Part shown: piece by piece, positions 31,777-39,129 of the stretch
Position numbering within the stretch: the stretch's first letter is position 1
Layout: every line of letters begins with the position of its first letter
Position numbers and translations under genes: made by a program
The notes under the pieces: model-generated
What the model was told of the DNA's origin: nothing
Seen by the model: only the letters and a program-made list of their open reading frames with translations
The model's database searches: none
Source of the DNA: a virus
Reading direction: 5' to 3' (one strand)
DNA length: 64,000 bases
IMG/VR virus record: IMGVR_UViG_3300047550_006118
Coordinates: 4,536 to 68,535 of that record

Positions 31777-32493
31777 ATGACGAATCCCTCCGCACTCGTG
31801 GTGATCCCAACAACGGGATCAGCCACACTAGGGCATGCCATCGAGGGCGTGCTCAATCAGACCTATCCCTCGACCGATCTATGGGTGATCATTGACGGTC
31901 CCGGATTTGCGGATCGCGCCATGGAGATCATCCGGAAATATCCGGTCATCAAGACCATGACCCTGCCGGCCAACACCGGGGCCAACGGGTGGTACGGTCA
32001 TCGAATATATGCCGCGGTCAGCTATCTATTTGATCATGAATACGTCCTCTATTTGGACCAGGATAACGGGTTCGAACCCGATCACGTGGCAACGATGGTA
32101 TCCGCCTGCCAGACCAACGGATGGCACTGGTGCCATAGCCTCCGAAAAATACACGATGCTGACGGTAACTACGTATGTGACGACGATTGCGAAAGCCTTG
32201 GTCGATGGCCCATCTTCCTGGGTGATCAGCACCATCTGGTCGATACCTCTACCTATTGCATACGCAGGGAGGTCATGATCCCCATGGGCCCGGCATGGTA
32301 CAGCGGATGGGGAGGCGACAGGCGGTTCTATTCCGCGATATCCCATCATTTCCCGAATTTCGGTTGCACCGGGAAGGCAACCGTGAACTACCGCCTGGAT
32401 GGGAATCCAAACTCGGTCAATGCCGAGTTCTTCCACCAGGGCAACGCCATCATGCGGCAGAGATATCCAGGCGGTTTCCCATGGCGACGCTGA
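31777..32493 (+). CDS. glycosyltransferase family 2
   Basis: VVIPT, VLNQTY, IIDG and YLDQDN; paralogue of 19321-20028. Confidence 0.85.
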   Translation: MTNPSALVVIPTTGSATLGHAIEGVLNQTYPSTDLWVIIDGPGFADRAMEIIRKYPVIKTMTLPANTGANGWYGHRIYAAVSYLFDHEYVLYLDQDNGFEPDHVATMVSACQTNGWHWCHSLRKIHDADGNYVCDDDCESLGRWPIFLGDQHHLVDTSTYCIRREVMIPMGPAWYSGWGGDRRFYSAISHHFPNFGCTGKATVNYRLDGNPNSVNAEFFHQGNAIMRQRYPGGFPWRR

Positions 32494-32891
32494 GCAACAA
32501 GATGAGGATTTACGAGGACCAAGGAACGGGTATCCAGCTGCCTCGAGAAAACGTGGAAGGTTGGCACGAGTCCGGCATCCGCCGGGGGGTATATAAGCCC
32601 GGTTCAGTAGAGCTGGATGATCACTTCCTTGGATGGCGATCGAGATGCACCGGCAGGGTTGTCATACAACCGGAGATCCCTTCCACGGAATTCGTCATAC
32701 CAAAGATCAGGGTCTACATAGAGCTGCTGGAGGACCTGGTGTCCTATCTACTGACATTTGATGCCCGTCCGGTCGCGGAACCGATCGTGGATGTCGGACT
32801 GTTTTATTGTCCATACGTACCTCTCACGATGACCGGCGTCGTCCTCAGCACGGGACAAAAAGACCTAGACAATGGCGAGAAACAAGCATAA
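32481..32891 (+). CDS. hypothetical protein containing a GLFYCPYVPL motif
   Basis: ATG at 32481; the motif resembles the C-terminal motif of T4-like major capsid proteins. Confidence 0.6.
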   Translation: MATLSNKMRIYEDQGTGIQLPRENVEGWHESGIRRGVYKPGSVELDDHFLGWRSRCTGRVVIQPEIPSTEFVIPKIRVYIELLEDLVSYLLTFDARPVAEPIVDVGLFYCPYVPLTMTGVVLSTGQKDLDNGEKQA

Positions 32892-32900
32892 AATCAGAGA

Positions 32901-33614
32901 ATGAAAAAGCTAGTAGTGCTAACCGGTGCCGGCCTGAGCGCACCAAGCGGTATCTCAACCTTCCGTGATAAAAACGGATTGTGGGCGAACCATGACATCG
33001 ATCAGGTCTGCAACGCGCTCACCTGGAGGCAAAACCGCGAGGCGGTGCATCGTTTTTACAACATGCTCCGCGCCGGCCTGGAGGATGCTCAGCCGAATGC
33101 CGGCCATCACATGATCTCCGGATGGAAGCGAGACTACGGGGAGAACTGCGTGGTCCTCACCCAGAACGTGGATGATCTTTTCGAGCGATCCGGCTGCACG
33201 GACGTCGTGCATCTCCATGGATATCTCCAGGACATGAAATGCCTTGCCTGCGGACACACATGGAACATCGGATACGCTAAGTGGGACCACGAATCCGACC
33301 GATGCCCGGGATGCAACAGCTTCCGTGGTGTGAAGCCCGGCGTGGTGTTCTTCAACGACAGCGCTCCTAGATATGCCGACCTATACCGTGCGTTCAAGAA
33401 GCTGACCTCGGACGACACCGTGGTGATCATCGGTACCAGCGGCCAGGTCATCAACGTGGACGCCCTGGTGTTCGATACCAGGGCCTTCACGATCCTAAAC
33501 AACATGGAGCCGAGCTCCAGCATAAACAACGAGTATTTCAACCGAGTGTTCTACGCATCCGTCGAGGATGCTGCCGAGGAGATCGATCGGTTGGTCAGGG
33601 AAAGGATGGCCTAA
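32901..33614 (+). CDS. cobB: Sir2/CobB NAD-dependent protein deacylase
   Basis: GAGLSAPSGISTFR, TQNVDDL, HLHG, Zn CxxC...CxxC and IGTSG. Confidence 0.93.
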   Translation: MKKLVVLTGAGLSAPSGISTFRDKNGLWANHDIDQVCNALTWRQNREAVHRFYNMLRAGLEDAQPNAGHHMISGWKRDYGENCVVLTQNVDDLFERSGCTDVVHLHGYLQDMKCLACGHTWNIGYAKWDHESDRCPGCNSFRGVKPGVVFFNDSAPRYADLYRAFKKLTSDDTVVIIGTSGQVINVDALVFDTRAFTILNNMEPSSSINNEYFNRVFYASVEDAAEEIDRLVRERMA

Positions 33615-33615
33615 C

Positions 33616-34275
33616 ATGTCTGAGCAAATGAGGGTGATTTTCTGCCTACCGGGTAGGACGTTTACCAACAACTATTTCAATTCGTGGAACGCAACGATCG
33701 CCGAGCTCCACGCCAACGGAATATCCTACGCATACAGCATGGGATATGATCCGGTGGTCTACTATGCCCGGAACAGGATCCTGGGTGGGCAAAACACCTC
33801 GGGCCGCCAGCAGAAACCATGGCAGGGACAGCTACAATATGATCGCATGGTGTGGATCGACAGCGACATGGTCTGGGATCCAAAGGATGTGCTGCGGCTA
33901 ATATCCCACGACAAGCCCATCGTGAGCGGCATCTACCTAATGGGAGACGGGGTTAACCATCCGGTGGTGGAAACCCTGGATTACAAGCACCTGGCCGACA
34001 ACGGTGTGTTTCGTTTCATCACCAGGGACGAGATGTCAACGAGGACCGAACCATTCAGGGCCAGCTACACCGGATTCGGGTTCCTTTCCATCAAGGCCGG
34101 GGTCGTCGAGACCATGGAATACCCATGGTTCCAGCCCAGGTGGGTCAGCAACGGTAGCTTCCATGATTTCTGCGCCGAGGACGTTGGCTTCTGCTGGGCG
34201 GCGCAGGAGCTTGGTCATGAGATATGGATCGATCCTTCCATACGAGTCGGCCATGAAAAGATGGCGGTTCTCTAA
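33616..34275 (+). CDS. GT-A fold glycosyltransferase-like protein
   Basis: WIDSD (DxD), GFGF, EDVGFC and VGHEK. Confidence 0.8.
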   Translation: MSEQMRVIFCLPGRTFTNNYFNSWNATIAELHANGISYAYSMGYDPVVYYARNRILGGQNTSGRQQKPWQGQLQYDRMVWIDSDMVWDPKDVLRLISHDKPIVSGIYLMGDGVNHPVVETLDYKHLADNGVFRFITRDEMSTRTEPFRASYTGFGFLSIKAGVVETMEYPWFQPRWVSNGSFHDFCAEDVGFCWAAQELGHEIWIDPSIRVGHEKMAVL

Positions 34276-34283
34276 CTTCGGGG

Positions 34284-34312
34284 TTGACGCGAAGCGTTGC
34301 TTGCGGCATATT
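34284..34312 (+). promoter_or_regulatory. sigma70-type promoter for the first ncRNA cluster
   Basis: TTGACG-N17-CATATT. Confidence 0.6.
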
Positions 34313-34320
34313 ACGTGCAA

Positions 34321-34373
34321 GGGGAGCATGCAGCAAACAAAAATTGCTTTTGATGCAAAACCAAAGCCTTCCC
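34321..34373 (+). ncRNA. handle RNA module 1 (anticodon-arm-like cargo)
   Basis: GGGGAG/CTTCCC terminal stem, TGCAGCAAAC motif, AAG before the 3' strand; internal TTGC-TTTTGAT-GCAA hairpin. Confidence 0.6.
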
Positions 34374-34395
34374 GCTTTGTTCTTTGAAACCCACA

Positions 34396-34437
34396 GGGGT
34401 CGGTGCAGCAACACCTTAAACATGGCAAGCTGACCTC
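34396..34437 (+). ncRNA. handle RNA module 2 (minimal)
   Basis: GGGGTCGG/CTGACCTC 8-bp stem, TGCAGCAAC, AAG. Confidence 0.65.
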
Positions 34438-34505
34438 GGTCAGCAAAACCAGGAGCCCAGCCTGGCTAAACAAGGGCACAACGTTCCCGAGGGTGGATTG
34501 ATAAT

Positions 34506-34744
34506 GGATGGGTACAGCGACTACATTAATGACCCGGTCACGAAGGGGTCCTAGGCCCCCTAGTAACCACGGCTGCCTGGGCTTAGCCAGGATCGGGCTT
34601 GCACGACGCAGGATATTGCTGGTAGAAACCAGCTAGGGCAGGAGGCGGTACCACGTCGGTAACTGGATTTTGGATCTAGCTCTGGGCGATGTGGGGTAGA
34701 CAACCTGCCAGAAAGAACATTAAAAAGCGATCCGCAAACCATCC
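34506..34744 (+). ncRNA. handle RNA module 3 with ~220-nt structured cargo
   Basis: GGATGG/CCATCC stem, TACAGCGAC motif, several internal hairpins; no credible ORF; terminator follows. Confidence 0.6.
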
Positions 34745-34750
34745 TGTTAG

Positions 34751-34787
34751 GAAAAGGCATGCATCGGCCGATGCATGCCTTTTTCCA
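34751..34787 (+). terminator. intrinsic terminator
   Basis: AAAAGGCATGCATCG...CGATGCATGCCTTTT inverted repeat. Confidence 0.8.
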
Positions 34788-34801
34788 TTAAATACACCAT
34801 C

Positions 34802-35233
34802 ATGAACATGCGCGAAATAATCAACCTCCTGGAAAAATCGACATACGAGCGAGGAGGTAAGATAGGAAGATGGGCGTTCCTTTACATGGAACCAAATGAC
34901 CCGTCGACCAAGGATTTTGCACAGTGCGGGACCTGCCAGCTATTCATGCCCGGCAAGGAGAGATGTGGCATATTCGGCAAGGACGACGTGGTCAAGGCTG
35001 AGGCCAGCTGCGGCCTTTATCTCCAGGGACAGCCACACGATGATCAGCCGATACAGGGCATCGTCACACCGGAGGAGTCCGGATACGTGGAAGCCAAGGT
35101 TCGTTGCGAGAACTGCGGATGGTTCAAGGACGGAAACTGTGGGTTGTTTGCCATGCTCGATGAACGCCTCCCGGACACCTTCGATCTAAAAAGCAAGGTA
35201 TCCGCGACCGGTTGCTGCAACGCCTGGAACTGA
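34802..35233 (+). CDS. Cys-rich late protein with two HiPIP-like repeats
   Basis: CGTCQLF...C...SCGLY and CENCGWF...C...GCCNAW; late promoter at 34788; MREIINLLE N-terminus. Confidence 0.65.
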   Translation: MNMREIINLLEKSTYERGGKIGRWAFLYMEPNDPSTKDFAQCGTCQLFMPGKERCGIFGKDDVVKAEASCGLYLQGQPHDDQPIQGIVTPEESGYVEAKVRCENCGWFKDGNCGLFAMLDERLPDTFDLKSKVSATGCCNAWN

Positions 35234-35305
35234 TCAAGCATCCTGCATATAGACACGGGCATCTCCGATCATTAAATTTTCATGTAAAGGTATTGGAGAG
35301 ATTTA

Positions 35306-35950
35306 ATGTCCGGTTTGTTGGTTTCACTATATGACGATGCATATTCCGAGCTGGGAGAAATCACCTGGCATCAGAACAAGATGAAATACGCGGAGAGATG
35401 GGGATTGGATGCCGTCGTCAAGACGCGCAACTTCCACCGGGTCCCACACCTCGGTTTCGCCAAGATAGCATTGATGCTCGAGGTGGCCGAGAGGCGCGTG
35501 CATGATTGGCTTTTCTGGTCCGGTGCGGACACCTTCATCACCAACTTCAACGTACCGCTGACGGATTTCCTCTATCCGGGAAAGACCCTCACCATAGCCC
35601 ACGATGCGTCATTCCTCCAATCGGACAGTTTCGTGATCCGCAACAACGCGATCGGACGCGGATACCTCGCCAGGATCATGGAAGCCATGCCCAGGTACCT
35701 CCCATGGAGCCACGAGCAGCAGGCGATGATAGATCTCGAGGACGAGTATCGGGAGCATACCCAATACGTGCCACAGAGATTCCTCAATGCCTATGCATAC
35801 GAGGAGCTCGAGATACCAGAGGGTCCTTACGATACCTTTGGCTATAACGGCAGCTGGCGGAAGGGAGATTTCCTGGTACACATCAACAAGATGCCCTATC
35901 CAACGAGGGTAGCAAAGGCCAGGGAATATCTAGAAAAAACGGTCTATTAG
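35306..35950 (+). CDS. glycosyltransferase family 34-like (GMA12/MNN10)
   Basis: NKMKYAERWG, FAKI, WSGADTFITN, EQQAM and GDFLVH. Confidence 0.75.
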   Translation: MSGLLVSLYDDAYSELGEITWHQNKMKYAERWGLDAVVKTRNFHRVPHLGFAKIALMLEVAERRVHDWLFWSGADTFITNFNVPLTDFLYPGKTLTIAHDASFLQSDSFVIRNNAIGRGYLARIMEAMPRYLPWSHEQQAMIDLEDEYREHTQYVPQRFLNAYAYEELEIPEGPYDTFGYNGSWRKGDFLVHINKMPYPTRVAKAREYLEKTVY

Positions 35951-35954
35951 GCCG

Positions 35955-35983
35955 TTGACAGCGCGGCAAAAACAGCGTAACAT
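35955..35983 (+). promoter_or_regulatory. sigma70-type promoter for module 4
   Basis: TTGACA-N17-TAACAT. Confidence 0.75.
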
Positions 35984-35991
35984 GCGCTTGA

Positions 35992-36108
35992 AGGATCAGT
36001 TCAGCAACCAAAAATCAACCAACGGGTCGTGGGTTCGAGTCCCACCCGTTCCGCCAAATATGGGACGGTAGCTCAGTCGGTAGAGCAGATGGCGAAAAAG
36101 TTGATCCT
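35992..36108 (+). ncRNA. handle RNA module 4: circularly permuted tRNA-like RNA (Y-RNA/YrlA-like topology)
   Basis: AGGATCAG/TTGATCCT stem plus TTCAGCAAC. The T-arm (36029-36045) precedes the acceptor stem, which is closed by a GCCA-AATAT loop; the D-arm GCTCAGTCGGTAGAGC follows. Confidence 0.85.
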
Positions 36109-36123
36109 GTCTTGATTTAGGCG

Positions 36124-36152
36124 TTGACAGAAAACGAGAGATAGTCTAACAT
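36124..36152 (+). promoter_or_regulatory. sigma70-type promoter for modules 5-7 and the DUF2828-type gene
   Basis: TTGACA-N17-TAACAT. Confidence 0.75.
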
Positions 36153-36160
36153 ACGAGCAT

Positions 36161-36290
36161 TGGATCAGTTCAGCATACAATGGAATGTAAAATCGCCGGG
36201 AAACCTACGTTGGTGCAAGTCCAACCCCTCCCACCAATTGCGGGCAGGGTAGCCAAGCAGCAAAGGCAGCGATCCACAAAAGTTGATCCA
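36161..36290 (+). ncRNA. handle RNA module 5: circularly permuted tRNA-Tyr-derived RNA
   Basis: TGGATCAG/TTGATCCA stem plus TTCAGCATAC. Order inside: TGTAAA-ATCGC, variable arm, T-arm GTTGG-TGCAAGT-CCAAC, CCCTCCC-ACCA, linker, GGGCAGGG, D-arm, GCGAT. Confidence 0.85.
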
Positions 36291-36306
36291 GGCTAAATGA
36301 GTTAAA

Positions 36307-36392
36307 AGAATCGATTCAGCAGCTACTTAGGATGAAGCGAGGCCGCCAAAAGCGGCTTTGTGAGGATGGTTCAAATCCACCAAGTCGATTCT
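36307..36392 (+). ncRNA. handle RNA module 6
   Basis: Perfect AGAATCGA/TCGATTCT stem, TTCAGCAGC, AAG; internal GCCGC-CAAAA-GCGGC hairpin and T-loop-like TGG-TTCAAAT-CCA. Confidence 0.75.
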
Positions 36393-36403
36393 GATACAAA
36401 CAA

Positions 36404-36455
36404 AGGTTGGGTTCAGCAACCCAAAGCAATCCAAAACTGCAAACAAGTCCAACCT
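36404..36455 (+). ncRNA. handle RNA module 7 (leader of the DUF2828-type gene)
   Basis: AGGTTGGG/TCCAACCT stem, TTCAGCAAC, AAG; ends 19 nt before the ATG. Confidence 0.75.
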
Positions 36456-36474
36456 GAAAAAGAGGAAGAAAACG

Positions 36475-37890
36475 ATGACCACTTTCGCACAAGCAGCCCA
36501 GAACACCATGCAGCCGGGCTTTACCGCCAACGGCATGGTCACCAACCAGAGCAGCCTTGATCCAAACGTGGATCTGTTCTTCGCCATCGGCGCCAGCCGC
36601 GGCAAGGATCTCACCGGCGCCTTTGCCCGTGCCTATGCGGCCGAGCCCCACGTGGCCATGAAGATCCTCTTCTGGGCACGCGACGCCCGTGCCGGTGCCG
36701 GAGAGCGTGAAATCTTCCGCCAGATCATCCGCAACCTCGAGGTCAACCAGCCGGAGAGCCTCATGCGCAACCTTGCGCTGGTTCCGGAGTATGGTCGTTG
36801 GGACGATCTCCTGGTGTTCCGGACCCCGCAATTCAAGATGGCCGCATACGACCTCATCGCCCGTGCCCTGCGCGCCGGCAATGGCCTGGCTGCCAAGTGG
36901 ATGCCCCGCAAGGGCCCGGTCGCCAACGATCTGCGCAAGTACCTGAACTTCAACCCGAAGCAGTACCGGCGCATGATCGTCGACCTGACCAAGGTCGTGG
37001 AGACGCAGATGTGCGCCAAGGAGTGGGATCAGATCAACTACGATCACGTTCCGAGCGTGGCTGCCAACCGCTACCAGAAGGCCTTCAACAAGCGCGATGC
37101 CACCCGTTACGCGGCGTGGAAGGAGGGCCTGAAGAACGGCACCAGCAAGGTCAACGCCAGCGTTCTGTACCCCTACGACGTGCTCAAGGCCGTCGATCAC
37201 GGCGACCGTGAGGTTGCGCTGGCGCAGTGGGAGGCCCTGCCGAACTACCTCGGTGACAACGCCATACTCCCGATGGTGGACGTCAGCGGCAGCATGACCT
37301 GCCAGGTGGGCGGACAGAAGGGCGTGGAGCTGACCTGCATGCAGGTGGCCATCAGCCTGGGGCTCTACATCGCGGACAAGCAGCAGGGTTCCTTCAAGGA
37401 CATGTGGCTCACTTTCACCAACGACAGCCACATCGATGTCCTCAAGGGCGATCTGCTTGCCAAGATCAACCAGGTGCGTCGCAACGTTGGATACGACACC
37501 AACATCGAGAGCGCGTTCCGCAGCATCCTTGGGGTGGCCGTGCAGAACAACCTCCCGGCGAGCGAGATGCCCAAGTACCTCGTTGTGCTGACGGATCTCG
37601 AGTTCAACCCGGCATTTATGGGCGGAAAGTCCGTCGGTGCGTTTGAGCTGGCCACCAAGATGTTCGAGGCAGCCGGATATGAATGCCCGAAGCTGGTGTG
37701 GTGGAACCTCAATGCGCGCCCAGATGCTACCGGCAATGCACCGGTACGATTCGACCAGAATGGTACCGCACTTGTGTCTGGGTTCTCTCCGTCGATGATG
37801 AAGAGCATCCTGGCGGCGAAGAACTTCTCTCCGCGGGACGTTATGCTCGAGACGGTGATGTCCGAAAGGTATCAGGCGGTTTCAGCCTGA
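36475..37890 (+). CDS. DUF2828-type protein: helical N-domain plus vWA (Ro60/TROVE-like architecture)
   Basis: [39 protein letters not shown] and LYPYD; MIDAS motif DVSGSM; VLTD; WNL; VSGFSP. Confidence 0.85.
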   Translation: MTTFAQAAQNTMQPGFTANGMVTNQSSLDPNVDLFFAIGASRGKDLTGAFARAYAAEPHVAMKILFWARDARAGAGEREIFRQIIRNLEVNQPESLMRNLALVPEYGRWDDLLVFRTPQFKMAAYDLIARALRAGNGLAAKWMPRKGPVANDLRKYLNFNPKQYRRMIVDLTKVVETQMCAKEWDQINYDHVPSVAANRYQKAFNKRDATRYAAWKEGLKNGTSKVNASVLYPYDVLKAVDHGDREVALAQWEALPNYLGDNAILPMVDVSGSMTCQVGGQKGVELTCMQVAISLGLYIADKQQGSFKDMWLTFTNDSHIDVLKGDLLAKINQVRRNVGYDTNIESAFRSILGVAVQNNLPASEMPKYLVVLTDLEFNPAFMGGKSVGAFELATKMFEAAGYECPKLVWWNLNARPDATGNAPVRFDQNGTALVSGFSPSMMKSILAAKNFSPRDVMLETVMSERYQAVSA

Positions 37891-38532
37891 TACCTTCCTT
37901 TTATATCCGATGCACCATCCCGGAGGAACTGACTGTGTTGCCGGGATGGTCTTCCTAATGTTGAGCTCCGGATTGTAGATAGCAATCCTTGATTTGCTTT
38001 TACCCGGATTGCTTCTCGGTCTAAGGCCGCGTATCCATCCATCTGGTAAATCTTCATCAGACGGGATTGATCTAGATTCATTTGTTAATGGATTGTAGAT
38101 GCGGATCAATCCGGATGTTGATCTGTTACCAGATGCTCGAATGCTTTGGGCATTCTTGACGGATTCGGAATGTTTCTTTCCAAACATTCCGTTTTTAGTT
38201 CCAGAAAACTTTTCAGGATCTCTACGCACACCGACGGTACCATCCCCGCCATCAGTTCGATTGTGTAATATACCGGTTCCGAGATCCAGCCGTCCATACC
38301 ATCTTATTAGGCGCCGTTCAATGGCACATGCACCGCAATCTGATAGGTCCTGTTCGATTATCACGATGTAGCGTGTGTCAGATGGCACAGGAACCGAATG
38401 ACGATCGATCAGCCTCCGGCCCTTACCCTTGCCTATGTAATAGGGCGTACCAGCCTTGCCATTTTTAGAGTCCTTGCGCCTAACGTAGGCGTAAACGTAG
38501 TATCCAGCCGGATACCGTCCATAAATATGCAT
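37882..38532 (-). mobile_element. free-standing GIY-YIG-like homing endonuclease with NUMOD3
   Basis: YYVYAY...PYYIGKG...[20 protein letters not shown] and [10 protein letters not shown]; AT-rich and on the opposite strand. Confidence 0.85.
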
Positions 38533-38611
38533 GTGCTGGATGCTCCCTAAAAGCGTTTAGAATGGTTGGAGATTGCCGTCTCGCGAACCATAACATATTT
38601 ATATCGAGGCC

Positions 38612-38803
38612 ATGATGCGCTTATACGAATTCAAATCCATTAGGACCAAAGTTGATCTAGACATCCTATTCAAGGAATGCCAGAAAGAGGCAGGTCTTCT
38701 GTATCAAAAATATCTAGAAGATAAGAGGATTGACTCGTCCACACCTCATCCTGCTACCGTGCTCGAGAACGAAATAGACGAGTTATTACATGGTCGTTCT
38801 TAA
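38612..38803 (+). CDS. hypothetical protein
   Basis: GAGG RBS; 63 aa. Confidence 0.5.
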   Translation: MMRLYEFKSIRTKVDLDILFKECQKEAGLLYQKYLEDKRIDSSTPHPATVLENEIDELLHGRS

Positions 38804-39041
38804 TGAAATCAGTCCAGAAGATACAAGCCGGTATGTTACCGAGAAGCTTGGAATTCTTTTTGAGAATCTCGGATCCAATAAAATTTCAAAACAAGATGCG
38901 CTGGCAGAAATAGCCGAACTACAACAAGATGTGAAGCTTAGAAGGTCGTTCTTTGATGGATCATTGCAGGATCAAGCCGGATATCTCGCGGTAGAGCTAC
39001 TCATGAAAATGGCTATAAAAGATATAAATTCTAGAGCATAA
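38790..39041 (+). CDS. hypothetical protein
   Basis: 83 aa, overlapping the upstream stop. Confidence 0.5.
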   Translation: MVVLNEISPEDTSRYVTEKLGILFENLGSNKISKQDALAEIAELQQDVKLRRSFFDGSLQDQAGYLAVELLMKMAIKDINSRA

Positions 39042-39129
39042 ACATACCGGTAGACAAGCACGAGAAACGTGCTATAGTGCATGGGTGCTAGCAGTGATGC
39101 CGGCGCCCATTTTTTTTTGGACATGTGAC

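Noticed and set aside
36025-36095. Ordinary tRNA genes or a tandem tRNA pair
   Set aside because: The T-arm precedes the D-arm and neither half has a partner half in normal order; the halves pair with each other as a permuted unit.
35992-36455. CRISPR array (recurring TTCAGCA motif with variable spacers)
   Set aside because: The shared sequence is only ~9 nt, spacing is irregular, flanks co-vary as stems, and no cas operon is present (the 10604 nuclease is a generic phage exonuclease).
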